Source: a virus
Lineage: Duplodnaviria; Heunggongvirae; Uroviricota; Caudoviricetes
Strand: one strand, 5' to 3'
Length of the DNA stretch: 39,939 nucleotides
Virus record (IMG/VR): IMGVR_UViG_2671180758_000025
Below, piece by piece: positions 18,581 through 28,426 of this stretch (its first letter is position 1; each line of letters starts with the position of its first letter). Made by a program: the position numbers and the translations under genes. Below the pieces are notes generated by a model. It did not search any database. It worked only from the letters and a program-made list of their open reading frames with translations, and was not told the origin of the DNA.

Positions 18581-19414
18581 TCAGCAATTGGTCAGAGTGT
18601 CAGCGGGGGCGTTACCGCCTGTTGCACGCTGGCGGTAGTCCTGGCGGCTGTCTTCATGACTCAGCTTATTCACCAGTTCGTTAAAGGCGGTTTGCTGTTC
18701 CTGCAGAGCAGTCTCCAGTTCAGACAGGCGTTCTTCCTGCTCAGACAGGGATTTTTCGGTGCGTGCGCTCAGGTTCTGCTGCTCAGTGGCGACCAGCTCC
18801 ACGGCCTTATACACATCAGAGAACCGGACATCGTCGGACTGCTCTTTTTTGGTAAACAGCGCCGTGACGCGGGCAAACAGGGACGGTTTGTCATCCTGGA
18901 TTTCTTCCAGTTCGATCACCGTTTCCTCTGCGGCGGTAAAGAGATTGGCGGGATTCTGCTTGCGGTTTGCCAGCGGGTTATGGGCTGCACTGCCGCTGAA
19001 TGTCAGCATTTCCGTACCCAGACTGGCGGGATCATCAGTGGCGGCCAGGCCAACCAGGTAGGCTTTGCCCGTATCAGCGAACTTCGGGCTGACTTCCATA
19101 GAGGTGAATAATTTCTGGCCTTTTTTCACCAGTTCCACCAGGGACTCCGTTGGCTCAACATCGGCATACAGCGCCATCTTGCCTGCCAGCGGGCCCTCCG
19201 TGATTTCTTCAGCAAACAGCGCCGTCACCTTGCCGTAGCGGTTAAAGGTGCTGTCCGGCAGATAAGACTTGATGTGCTCAAGGTTAATCAGCGCGGTATA
19301 CACCGCCGGGTTGTAGCTGGCTGCCATCTGTTCCAACCATTCACGCTGGATTTCGCGTCCGTCGGTGGTGGCACCTTCCACCCCGATGCGAAAACGCTTT
19401 GCTTTCACTGTCAT
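18581..19414 (-). CDS. O: Capsid scaffolding protein (P2 gpO homolog)
   Basis: 277-aa ORF, first gene of the leftward capsid operon, divergent from P. Confidence 0.9.
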   Translation of the reverse strand: MTVKAKRFRIGVEGATTDGREIQREWLEQMAASYNPAVYTALINLEHIKSYLPDSTFNRYGKVTALFAEEITEGPLAGKMALYADVEPTESLVELVKKGQKLFTSMEVSPKFADTGKAYLVGLAATDDPASLGTEMLTFSGSAAHNPLANRKQNPANLFTAAEETVIELEEIQDDKPSLFARVTALFTKKEQSDDVRFSDVYKAVELVATEQQNLSARTEKSLSEQEERLSELETALQEQQTAFNELVNKLSHEDSRQDYRQRATGGNAPADTLTNC

Positions 19415-19492
19415 GAGCCGTGCTCCGTTAGAAAAAACTTACTGGAGCCTTATGGTTGCGGTGATGGGGGTAGTGAAACAATGCGCGGTATT

Positions 19493-19510
19493 TGTACCGA
19501 CAACCACACA
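19493..19510. promoter_or_regulatory. Ogr-type activator box (TGT-N12-ACA) in the divergent O/P late promoter region
   Basis: TGTACCGACAACCACACA in the 142-bp gap between O and P. Confidence 0.5.
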
Positions 19511-19556
19511 AACCGCAGGCGGGGAAAGCCTTCATTCAAGGCTGTAGGTTTGTGCC

Positions 19557-21323
19557 ATGAACACCACACTGACACCCGCAGATCTCGATCCCCGTCGGCA
19601 GGCCATGCTGCTGTACTTTCAGGGATACCGCGTAGCCCGCATTGCTGAAATGCTGGGCGAGAAAGTTGCAACCGTTCACAGCTGGAAAAAACGCGACAAG
19701 TGGGGTGACTATGGGCCGCTGGATCAGATGCAGCTCACCACCGCCGCACGCTACTGCCAGCTCATTATGAAGGAGCACAAAGAAGGGAAAGATTTCAAAG
19801 AAATTGACCTGCTGGCACGCCAGTCTGAGCGCCACGCGCGGATCGGCAAGTTTAACAATGGCGGCAACGAAGCCGACTTAAACCCTAACGTTGCCAACCG
19901 CAACAAAGGCCCACGTCGTCAGCCGGAAAAGAATGTTTTCACCGATGAACAGATTGAGAAACTGGAAGAAATCTTCCATTCCTCTATGTTCAACTACCAG
20001 CGCCACTGGTGGGAAGCCGGAAAAACCAACCGCATCCGCAACCTGCTGAAGTCACGCCAGATCGGCGCGACCTTTTACTTTGCCCGTGAAGCCCTGATTG
20101 ACGCCCTGCTGACCGGGCGTAACCAGATTTTCCTTTCTGCCAGCAAGGCTCAGGCCCACGTCTTTAAACAGTACATCATCGACTTTGCCAAAGAAGTGGA
20201 GGTGGAGCTGAAAGGCGATCCGATGGTGCTTCCTAACGGGGCCACGCTTTACTTCCTCGGCACCAATGCCCGCACGGCCCAGAGTTACCACGGCAACCTG
20301 TATCTGGATGAATATTTCTGGATACCGAAATTCCAGGAGCTGCGCAAAGTGGCTTCCGGTATGGCTATTCACAAAAAATGGCGACAAACCTATTTTTCCA
20401 CGCCATCCAGTCTGACACACAGTGCTTATCCGTTCTGGTCCGGTGCGCTGTTCAACCGTGGGCGCAACAAAGCCGATAAGGTGGACATCGACCTGTCCCA
20501 CAGCAATCTGGCCCCCGGCCTGCTGTGCGCAGACGGGCAATACCGCCAGATAGTCACCGTGGAAGATGCGGTGCGCGGCGGCTGTAACCTGTTCGACCTC
20601 GACCAGCTACGCATGGAGTACAGCCCAGACGAATACCAGAACCTGCTGATGTGCGAGTTTGTGGACGATCTCGCGTCCGTGTTTCCGCTCAGCGAGCTGC
20701 AGGCGTGCATGGTGGACAGTTGGGAAGTCTGGACCGACTTTCATGCACTGGCGCTGCGCCCGTTTGGCTGGCGCGAAGTGTGGATCGGTTATGACCCGGC
20801 AAAAGGTACGCAAAACGGCGACAGCGCTGGATGCGTGGTGGTGGCACCGCCAGCCGTGCCGGGTGGTAAGTTCCGCATTCTTGAGCGTCACCAGTGGCGC
20901 GGGATGGACTTCCGCGCCCAGGCTGACGCCATCAAAAAACTTACCGAACAGTACAACGTGACTTATATCGGTATCGACTCAACCGGCGTTGGTCACGGGG
21001 TTTACGAGAACGTGAAAGCGTTTTTTCCTGCCGTCCGGGAGTTTGTCTACAACCCCAACGTTAAAAACGCCCTGGTACTCAAGGCCTACGACATTATCAG
21101 CCACCGCCGTCTGGAGTTTGACGCCGGACACACCGACATAGCGCAGTCCTTTATGGCAATCCGTCGCGCCACCACCGCCAGTGGCAACCGCCCGACCTAT
21201 GAAGCCAGCCGCAGCGAAGAAGCCAGCCACGCCGATCTGGCCTGGGCAACGATGCACGCACTGTTTAACGAACCGCTGCAGGGCGAGTCCGCCAATACCA
21301 GTAATATTGTGGAGATTTTTTGA
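19557..21323 (+). CDS. P: Terminase large (ATPase) subunit (P2 gpP homolog)
   Basis: 588-aa ORF; translation recognised as gpP family. Confidence 0.93.
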   Translation: MNTTLTPADLDPRRQAMLLYFQGYRVARIAEMLGEKVATVHSWKKRDKWGDYGPLDQMQLTTAARYCQLIMKEHKEGKDFKEIDLLARQSERHARIGKFNNGGNEADLNPNVANRNKGPRRQPEKNVFTDEQIEKLEEIFHSSMFNYQRHWWEAGKTNRIRNLLKSRQIGATFYFAREALIDALLTGRNQIFLSASKAQAHVFKQYIIDFAKEVEVELKGDPMVLPNGATLYFLGTNARTAQSYHGNLYLDEYFWIPKFQELRKVASGMAIHKKWRQTYFSTPSSLTHSAYPFWSGALFNRGRNKADKVDIDLSHSNLAPGLLCADGQYRQIVTVEDAVRGGCNLFDLDQLRMEYSPDEYQNLLMCEFVDDLASVFPLSELQACMVDSWEVWTDFHALALRPFGWREVWIGYDPAKGTQNGDSAGCVVVAPPAVPGGKFRILERHQWRGMDFRAQADAIKKLTEQYNVTYIGIDSTGVGHGVYENVKAFFPAVREFVYNPNVKNALVLKAYDIISHRRLEFDAGHTDIAQSFMAIRRATTASGNRPTYEASRSEEASHADLAWATMHALFNEPLQGESANTSNIVEIF

Positions 21324-22357
21324 TGGGAAAGAGTAAGAAGAACCGCGCTGCGGCGACGAATCAGATCCAGCATAAAAACCAAACTTCAGCCGAAGCATTC
21401 AGCTTCGGTGATCCCGTTCCTGTTCTGGACCGCCGGGAACTGCTGGACTATGTGGAATGCGTACAGACAGATCGTTGGTATGAGCCGCCAGTGAGTTTCG
21501 ACGGGCTGGCGCGTACCTTTCGCGCTGCCGTGCATCACAGTTCACCAATTGCGGTGAAATGCAACATTCTGACCAGTACCTACATCCCTCACCCGCTGCT
21601 CAGCCAGCAGGCTTTTTCACGTTTTGTGCAGGACTATCTGGTATTTGGTAACGCCTACCTGGAGAAACGCACGAACCGCTTCGGTGAAGTTATCGCCCTT
21701 GAGCCTGCTCTGGCAAAATACACCCGACGCGGGTTAGACCTGAATACCTACTGGTTTGTGCAATACGGTATGACAACCCAGCCGTATCAGTTCACGAAAG
21801 GCAGCATTTTTCATCTGATGGAACCGGACATCAACCAGGAGATCTACGGCCTGCCCGGCTATCTTTCTGCCATTCCGTCCGCCCTGCTCAATGAGTCCGC
21901 CACGCTGTTCCGCCGTAAGTATTACATCAACGGCAGTCATGCTGGTTTCATCATGTACATGACCGACGCTGCGCAGAACCAGGAGGACGTGAACAACCTC
22001 CGCAACGCGATGAAAAGCGCCAAAGGCCCTGGCAACTTCCGCAATCTGTTTATGTACTCGCCTAACGGCAAAAAGGACGGGCTTCAGATTATCCCGTTGT
22101 CAGAAGTCGCAGCGAAGGATGAGTTTCTGAATATCAAAAACGTGAGCCGTGACGACATGATGGCTGCGCACCGCGTGCCGCCGCAAATGATGGGGATAAT
22201 GCCTAATAATGTCGGGGGGTTTGGGGATGTGGAGAAAGCCAGTCGCGTATTTGTACGTAATGAATTAACGCCCTTGCAAAAAAGGCTACAAGAGCTGAAC
22301 GACTGGCTGGGCGAAGAAGTGATTAAATTTACGCCCTATATTCTTTCAGAAGAATAA
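21323..22357 (+). CDS. Q: Portal protein (P2 gpQ homolog)
   Basis: Start placed at the ATG overlapping the P stop (TGATG); the supplied ORF begins 3 nt earlier at TTG. Confidence 0.9.
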   Translation: MGKSKKNRAAATNQIQHKNQTSAEAFSFGDPVPVLDRRELLDYVECVQTDRWYEPPVSFDGLARTFRAAVHHSSPIAVKCNILTSTYIPHPLLSQQAFSRFVQDYLVFGNAYLEKRTNRFGEVIALEPALAKYTRRGLDLNTYWFVQYGMTTQPYQFTKGSIFHLMEPDINQEIYGLPGYLSAIPSALLNESATLFRRKYYINGSHAGFIMYMTDAAQNQEDVNNLRNAMKSAKGPGNFRNLFMYSPNGKKDGLQIIPLSEVAAKDEFLNIKNVSRDDMMAAHRVPPQMMGIMPNNVGGFGDVEKASRVFVRNELTPLQKRLQELNDWLGEEVIKFTPYILSEE

Positions 22358-22365
22358 TTCCGAAC

Positions 22366-23064
22366 TTATTTGTTTCTTCTTTGTTCACGCCTTGTCTTGG
22401 CTTCGATAAGGCGTTGAGGTTCAGTGTAAAGCCGTTCTAAAAAAAGATAGGTAAAATCTTCAAGATCCTCAGCAGCAGCTTTATCCAAAATACCTTCATG
22501 CGCTCCATCATTTCCGTCATCTTTAACGCATTCAGCTAGTTCCCTTAAAGCTTCAGGCAGTAGATGATTATCAAATAACCACTCCATTCTTAACCCTAGG
22601 CTTCTCCTTATTTTTTGCGCAGGCCCTTGCTCCCCATCAGGAAGAAGTCCTTTTGTGGCATAATCAAGGCAAAGCCTAAACATGGTTGCTGCTGCATTAT
22701 AACAACCTATAGCCAAACATTTCGCCCCTTCCTCATATGCACTATTGATATGCTCAGGTAAGAACTCTGGTGGCTCCTCTACTGCTAAGTCTGCTGGTGA
22801 TATAGGCCTAACAACCTCTGCAACTTCCTTTAAGCCGAATATTCCACTTTCCCAATTATAGCCATCTAAAGTTTTATTTTTCGTTAAAGGTCTGCAAAGA
22901 AACATTGTCGTTTTATGACACTCTCGGCAAACACAATAGACCTCGTACTCGTATGTTTTACCCCCGCCCAATGCATTGTAAACCCTAGTGCAATTCAGCC
23001 CATTAACATCAAACGCTATTTTTTGTGATCCACATCGTGGACAGTCATCCACTAACATAACCAT
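22366..23064 (-). CDS. Hypothetical cargo protein with N-terminal Cys4 zinc ribbon
   Basis: 232-aa ORF; CPRCGS...CVCRECHKT pattern at the N-terminus, then an acidic helical C-terminal region of no family I can name. Visibly AT-rich; converges on Q. Confidence 0.6.
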   Translation of the reverse strand: MVMLVDDCPRCGSQKIAFDVNGLNCTRVYNALGGGKTYEYEVYCVCRECHKTTMFLCRPLTKNKTLDGYNWESGIFGLKEVAEVVRPISPADLAVEEPPEFLPEHINSAYEEGAKCLAIGCYNAAATMFRLCLDYATKGLLPDGEQGPAQKIRRSLGLRMEWLFDNHLLPEALRELAECVKDDGNDGAHEGILDKAAAEDLEDFTYLFLERLYTEPQRLIEAKTRREQRRNK

Positions 23065-23174
23065 GTCAATTACTTCTCCCTATGAAAAAAATGAGTTGAA
23101 AAATTGAATATTCACGACTTAAAAAGCTAGCCTATTTAACACCATAATTTCATTAATTCAACCATGAGCGCGCG

Positions 23175-23193
23175 CTCGTATCCCCGCCACGCC
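23175..23193. other. Putative cos cohesive-end site
   Basis: Minus-strand GGCGTGGCGGGGATACGAG; the first 13 nt match the 186/P2 cohesive-end sequence as I recall it (GGCGTGGCGGGGAAAGCAT / GGCGAGGCGGGGAAAGCAC). Sits in a GC-rich non-coding gap. Confidence 0.35.
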
Positions 23194-23353
23194 TGCCCGC
23201 TTTATGTAGCGGTTTTCATGCGCCTGCATGACATAAGCAAAATCCCGCCACTCCTGGCGGGCCTCAGCTAAAACGATCCTCAAACGATCATGCGGATTCA
23301 TGCGGCATAGACATGCACAATCTCCAAAGCGGGCATCGAGACTTTTTGGAAAC

Positions 23354-23965
23354 CTACGTAACCACAGTTAATGTGTGCATCCTGTCTCGAATTGCATCAC
23401 ACGTCTCATCAAAAAGCTTGGTGATGGTTGTATGGTTCAACTCCGCCTCTTTCCAATAATTTTGCCCGTCAAATTCTGGATCGCTATGCTTAAACGATAT
23501 TGACTCTGAAAGGCATTCCTTCCGGAAACGGTCCAAGATTATATAAACCTCTGGTGAGATGAACGGTTTGTTAGATTCAACACTTGTAACAAAAGTGTTA
23601 AATGCATCAAAAAAAACTTTCAACCTTCTAAATTTTCTCTCTTCAAATGGTTCGTTGGGGTCAACATGATCCAGCGCAGGCCTCAGCTTAAGCACGCTTT
23701 CTCTAGTTTCAAACATCGAATTCCAAATGAGACTATATGCTGATAACTCCTTATCAAAATACGCTTTCGTTACATAAACAGAATTGTCTAACTTAGCCTT
23801 TATTCTTTCATTAGTTGCACTCAGTTGTGATTGAAATTCAGCAATATCTTTGTTTAGCCGCGACTTATATCTTTCTAAATAAACTTTCCCGATCCAAACA
23901 AATATGCCAGATGCAACAAAAGACACCCCACCCAACGAAGCCAGAACTTTAAAGACTAAATCCAT
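23354..23965 (-). CDS. Hypothetical membrane-anchored cargo protein
   Basis: 203-aa ORF with a single N-terminal TM helix (VLASLGGVSFVASGIFVWIG) and a soluble domain of unknown family; AT-rich. Confidence 0.6.
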   Translation of the reverse strand: MDLVFKVLASLGGVSFVASGIFVWIGKVYLERYKSRLNKDIAEFQSQLSATNERIKAKLDNSVYVTKAYFDKELSAYSLIWNSMFETRESVLKLRPALDHVDPNEPFEERKFRRLKVFFDAFNTFVTSVESNKPFISPEVYIILDRFRKECLSESISFKHSDPEFDGQNYWKEAELNHTTITKLFDETCDAIRDRMHTLTVVT

Positions 23966-24013
23966 TGCGCCCCCACCTGCAAAAATAGTATTCCATTATA
24001 AGCTAATACATTT

Positions 24014-24229
24014 TTAATCAAACGGGGGATAATTCGCGTCAACCTCATCACTTCTCTGCTCTACCCTAGTGACTTCCATCAAAAACCCCAGGCCGTCATA
24101 TAGCGAAACGGGGAATTCCAGCTCAAGCCAGAAGCAGTCTTCATAGATGCGGCCCAACCAAAAACCTCCGCCACACTCCTTTGGGCGTTGAAAGAAGACC
24201 CAGTCGCCAAGGGTTAAACGTTCCAGCAC
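24014..24229 (-). CDS. Small hypothetical protein
   Basis: 71-aa ORF between the DinI-like gene and the membrane-anchored gene; coding status uncertain. Confidence 0.4.
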   Translation of the reverse strand: MLERLTLGDWVFFQRPKECGGGFWLGRIYEDCFWLELEFPVSLYDGLGFLMEVTRVEQRSDEVDANYPPFD

Positions 24230-24347
24230 CTAGCCCCGATAAATAATCTGGTGATTACTGTCTTTTTTACCCATGGCTAACGCCTCGCTACTCTCGTTGT
24301 TCAACCTTGCTGACGTCAGATTCAAGTTCTTACATCAGGAACGTTCC

Positions 24348-24581
24348 TTAGTGCAGCCAGCTGTCGTCTTCCCAAACCTGTTGCATAATTTCCATCACCC
24401 GCTTTTTGTCTTCATCAAGCTTTAAGCCACTCAGCTCAACGCCGTTTGCCGACCCTTTACGGATGCGGATAGCGGTCTTGGGATAGATGGGTTGCAGGTT
24501 GCGGTAAAGCTCGGACTCCAGAGCGTCCAGGGTAGACTGGCTAATCTTCTGCTCTTTATCGATCATTATTTCAATGCGCAT
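24348..24581 (-). CDS. DinI-family protein
   Basis: Translation from internal start MRIEIMIDKEQ...EDDSWL aligns with E. coli DinI (MRIEVTIAK...WESADDW) from memory. The supplied ORF extends to 24653. Confidence 0.75.
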   Translation of the reverse strand: MRIEIMIDKEQKISQSTLDALESELYRNLQPIYPKTAIRIRKGSANGVELSGLKLDEDKKRVMEIMQQVWEDDSWLH

Positions 24582-24591
24582 AAAAGTCACC

Positions 24592-24780
24592 TCAGCTGAT
24601 GACATCCATTGAGCGGTTGTATTCGTGGCTTCTGATTTTTGCCATGAGTTCATCAGTCAATTCAGAAACCCACTGCAGGGCCAGCCCCTTCTCTTCATCA
24701 CTACACTCACTAGCCGCTACAAGCTTAAGAAAAAAATCAATGCGCTGGAGCTTCAAAGACTCCAAAAAATAGTCCTGCAT
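24592..24780 (-). CDS. Small SOS-controlled protein (possible antirepressor-like module)
   Basis: 62-aa ORF from the ATG preceded by AGGAGG, with a LexA box 44-59 nt upstream; the supplied ORF extends to 24882. Confidence 0.5.
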   Translation of the reverse strand: MQDYFLESLKLQRIDFFLKLVAASECSDEEKGLALQWVSELTDELMAKIRSHEYNRSMDVIS

Positions 24781-24823
24781 CTTTCCTCCTATGACACCGC
24801 AAACAATACTGTATAGATAACCA

Positions 24824-24839
24824 CTGTTTATATTTACAG
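24824..24839. promoter_or_regulatory. LexA (SOS) box over a putative promoter
   Basis: CTGTTTATATTTACAG (CTGT-N8-ACAG) with A/T-rich flanks, overlapping TTTACA / TATACT-like promoter elements on the minus strand. Confidence 0.6.
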
Positions 24840-24933
24840 TATATAATAATCTTACTGATGTAAAACGTTTTTTTACGTTCATCAGCCTGATATGCCTGGT
24901 ATTATTAAGAGCACGAATTGTTAACCCGCGTAA

Positions 24934-27348
24934 TTAATACAGGTTCCGCCACTTATCATCTTCCTGCAAACGCTGGTTCCGATAGAAGACACGCAGGCCT
25001 GCTCCTGACGGAATACTGCCGCCGCGAAGGAGTAAATCGACCTCTTTCTCGCTGCCATCAAATCCTCTGGACTTCAGTTCATAGACGAGCTGCTGTCGTT
25101 GATGGTCTGTAATTCGCTGTTTGTAGTCTCTACGCCGTTTCGGTTTCACCAGGCGTAACCTTGCAGCCAGTTCCCGGCGCTCTTTTTTGTTCATACTGTG
25201 CAGGTAATCGTGCAACTCCTTGTCATCCATGTGGGTAATGTCCGTTCTGGTATCCCCATCAGCTGATTTGTCTTTCCCTTGTTGGTTCAAATTTTCAGCA
25301 AGGGGACAGTTATTGCCACGAGTCCAAGGGGCGCAAGCGCCCTGGTCGGCTGCCGCCTCCTGAATGTCAACGGCCTTACGAACCATTTTCCACTTCACCG
25401 CATGAGTGCAGATCTTGCCCTCTGCAATGGGTGACCAGATGCCATAAATACGAATACCGTGATCGCCATAGGCGGTCGGCTCTTCGTTGATTTCATAAGC
25501 GGTTCTGATGAGGTGATATTTGCGGGGAACTAGTACGCCGCCCTGCTTCATGATGTAGGTGGCAAAACAACCAGCATCAGCAGCGGCTAGGATGGCATCA
25601 AGGCGCGGGTTATCCAGTACCGGCGCACCTGCTTTTTTGTCCCCCTGTTGCCTTGCCGCCTGACCAGCCAGCAATCGCAGTTCACGGTAAGCCTGACGCC
25701 CCGGAATGCCAAAGAAGCGGAATTGCTGAACACGATGCAGAGACGCCCAGGCATTAACGTATTCAGCGTTATCACGCAGGGATTTACCCGTTTCCTTGCT
25801 GATCTCGCCAGCCAGACCACGCCCGTCAATGTTCTTACTGATGTATTTCGCGATGTAGCTTGTTGGCGTACCTTTGCGCGGGTTTATCAGCTCAGACTTA
25901 AAGCGTGGTTCCGTGTTATTACCCAGCTCCTCGCGGTCTTCACGAATGGCAAACTTACGCAACAAAGCAGTAATGGCGCGGCGATCTTTTTTGCGCATAA
26001 AACACAACAGGTGCCAGTGAACTGTACCGTCATGATGCGGCTCAGCCACCCGCACGCCATACCAGCGTAATCCGGCTTTGTGCATCGCCTTACGAAATGC
26101 AGCAAACATACCGACCAGATAATCACTGCTTTGTCTTACCGTCGCATTTGTCCAGGTCGGGTTGGGCCTGCCGTTATTTAGCGTGGAATGGAAACGTGAC
26201 GGACAGGTGATGGTGTAGAAAACGGCGCAGTCACCGCGCATTTCCGCGATAAGCTCCAGACCTTTAACACAGGCCATCATCTCATTGCGGCGATGTGCAG
26301 GGTTGCTGCTGCTGGCGTTTACCACGTCTTCCATATCCAGCGTGTCGCCGTCTTCGTTCACCAGTTCATGAGAACGGAAAAACTCCAGCGACTTACGGCG
26401 CTGCTCACGTTTATGCATCACGGCTTCATAGCTGACATAGGGAGATGCTTTTTTGCTGACCAGGCAAACAGCACGCAACTGCTCTTCCCGCCATTCGCAA
26501 CGCATCTTCCATAATTTCCGATACCACCAGTCGGCGCATAACATACGCGCCAGCGAACCCGGAATGAGTTCATAAGGCACGGGTTTACGGCGGTTTCTTT
26601 TCCGACGGAGTTGCTCAAACGCAGGCGGGATAACATCCAGACGCAGGGTTTCCGCTGCCACCTTTTCCCATGTTTTGCGGATTTCTTCTGGCTTAATGTC
26701 ATCGGTGACATACAAATCACCACAAGCTGCATCAAGGCACATGCTCATATGCGCGGCGACAAGGGTAGACAGGCGCTTCACCTGATCCTGACTCATTTCA
26801 GGCAGGATCAGCAGGCCGTCCAGCCCTTCATGGCTTGCCATAAAGCGAAAAGAAGTGGATAGCTGACAGTCGCGTACATGCTCCAGTCGTTCCAGACATG
26901 GCTTAATCGTCTCACGCAAATAGCGGGAATAAGCCTTTGGCCTGCCCAGGCTGCTGAAGTATTCAATACGTTGCATCAGCGACTTGCTGATATGGGAAGG
27001 CTGGGCGTTAACGTCCGCCAGAATGACCATGTCTGGATTAAAACGCTGCTGCTCATGCGCCAGCTTTGCCCGGCTAATGAGCTTATCCTGCTCCATTTCG
27101 CGTTGGACAGGATCACGGGATTCATTAAAGAAATAACGCTCCCAGACCTGATCACTCAGTGCCTCGCGGCGCAGCTGTTCCTGCTCGTTATCGGCAGCGT
27201 ACAGAGTGATCAGGTTTGAAAGCGCAGAAACCGGCGCAACTTCCGCCGGGTCCAGATAAGGGTTAATGGCCTTTTTCGGGCTGTTCCATGAGAACGCTGC
27301 GGCAGCCTCGTTAAAGCCGCAGCAGTTGTTCATATCGGCATGGCTCAT
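24934..27348 (-). CDS. A: Replication initiation endonuclease (P2 gpA family)
   Basis: 804-aa ORF; start overlaps the dam stop (ATGA); position and translation consistent with rolling-circle initiator A. Confidence 0.88.
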   Translation of the reverse strand: MSHADMNNCCGFNEAAAAFSWNSPKKAINPYLDPAEVAPVSALSNLITLYAADNEQEQLRREALSDQVWERYFFNESRDPVQREMEQDKLISRAKLAHEQQRFNPDMVILADVNAQPSHISKSLMQRIEYFSSLGRPKAYSRYLRETIKPCLERLEHVRDCQLSTSFRFMASHEGLDGLLILPEMSQDQVKRLSTLVAAHMSMCLDAACGDLYVTDDIKPEEIRKTWEKVAAETLRLDVIPPAFEQLRRKRNRRKPVPYELIPGSLARMLCADWWYRKLWKMRCEWREEQLRAVCLVSKKASPYVSYEAVMHKREQRRKSLEFFRSHELVNEDGDTLDMEDVVNASSSNPAHRRNEMMACVKGLELIAEMRGDCAVFYTITCPSRFHSTLNNGRPNPTWTNATVRQSSDYLVGMFAAFRKAMHKAGLRWYGVRVAEPHHDGTVHWHLLCFMRKKDRRAITALLRKFAIREDREELGNNTEPRFKSELINPRKGTPTSYIAKYISKNIDGRGLAGEISKETGKSLRDNAEYVNAWASLHRVQQFRFFGIPGRQAYRELRLLAGQAARQQGDKKAGAPVLDNPRLDAILAAADAGCFATYIMKQGGVLVPRKYHLIRTAYEINEEPTAYGDHGIRIYGIWSPIAEGKICTHAVKWKMVRKAVDIQEAAADQGACAPWTRGNNCPLAENLNQQGKDKSADGDTRTDITHMDDKELHDYLHSMNKKERRELAARLRLVKPKRRRDYKQRITDHQRQQLVYELKSRGFDGSEKEVDLLLRGGSIPSGAGLRVFYRNQRLQEDDKWRNLY

Positions 27349-28202
27349 GCACGTACTCCGTACACGGCAGAACTATCCACGCCACGCGAATAATCAAATC
27401 CCACCCAGCAGCGCGGCCCGGAAACAGCAATGATTTCTGTTGCTGATTTACCCTCGCCAGCTGCCACACCGATGCTGCGTTTTACCTTGATATAGTGGTG
27501 AGTAAAATTGCGATACAGCGAACGGATCAGGGATGTGTCACTGTTAGAAACAATGACCGGATGTCCTTCTGATGACCGATGTTCAAGAACGGATGCCAGG
27601 TGATACTGGTCATCTTCAGTGAAACCATCAGTGTGATAGCCGGAAAACGTACCGTCATACGGCGGATCGCAATACACCACATCCCCCGCCTTCAACATCG
27701 CCAGCGTTTCATCAAAGCTGGCGCAGATAAACATTGCTCGCTGGGCTTTTTCTGCAAATGCGCGAATTTCTTTTTCAGGGAAATACGGATTTTTATAATT
27801 ACCGTAGGGAATGTTGAAATGCCCGCTCTTGTTATAGCGACATAAACCACGGTAACCGTGACGATTGAGATACAGGAAATATACCGCTTTCATGAAATCA
27901 GTAATTTCAGTTGAGTAATTAAACTCCTGCCTTATGTTGTAATAAGCCACCTCCCTGTTTGCGATCTCAAATAAAACTCTGGCGCGAGATATAAACGATT
28001 CACAATCAGCAGCAACCTTTTTATAGAGGTTGATTAAATCAGGATTAATATCCGCAACAAGATAGCTGGGGTACTCCGTCTCCATCATCACAGCACAGGA
28101 ACCCGCGAAAGGTTCAACCAGTCGCGGGCCAGCAGGAAGATGCTTTTTCAGTTCGAACATAATGGCGGTTTTATTTCCCGCCCATTTCAGGATGGTGCTC
28201 AT
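27345..28202 (-). CDS. DNA adenine methyltransferase (Dam family)
   Basis: N-terminus [11 protein letters not shown] and a DPPY catalytic motif; start placed at the internal ATG. The supplied ORF extends to 28262. Confidence 0.85.
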   Translation of the reverse strand: MSTILKWAGNKTAIMFELKKHLPAGPRLVEPFAGSCAVMMETEYPSYLVADINPDLINLYKKVAADCESFISRARVLFEIANREVAYYNIRQEFNYSTEITDFMKAVYFLYLNRHGYRGLCRYNKSGHFNIPYGNYKNPYFPEKEIRAFAEKAQRAMFICASFDETLAMLKAGDVVYCDPPYDGTFSGYHTDGFTEDDQYHLASVLEHRSSEGHPVIVSNSDTSLIRSLYRNFTHHYIKVKRSIGVAAGEGKSATEIIAVSGPRCWVGFDYSRGVDSSAVYGVRA

Positions 28203-28426
28203 ACAGCACCTCCGTTGTAATGTTTGCCTTTCAGCTCTGCGATTTCCTGACAGGTAATGCAAAGCTGCACACCTGGAATGGCACGGCGGCGTGCTGGCGG
28301 AATTGGCGCTTCACACTCAATGCAAAGCACGCGGGACACGCCCGGCGTTTTGGCACGGGCAGCACGGATATGACGCTGGCGTTCTTCTTCAACGCGCTGC
28401 TGTACGAGATCCATTGCATCAGCCAT
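28199..28426 (-). CDS. TraR/DksA-type C4 zinc-finger protein
   Basis: 75-aa ORF with CIEC...CITC zinc-finger spacing. Confidence 0.7.
   Translation of the reverse strand: MADAMDLVQQRVEEERQRHIRAARAKTPGVSRVLCIECEAPIPPARRRAIPGVQLCITCQEIAELKGKHYNGGAV

Noticed and set aside
19551-19568. Additional TGT-N12-ACA match at the start of gene P
   Set aside because: Overlaps the P start codon and coding sequence; more likely a chance match than an activator site.
20052-20540. 162-aa minus-strand ORF inside the terminase gene
   Set aside because: Lies entirely within the strongly supported P coding region on the opposite strand.
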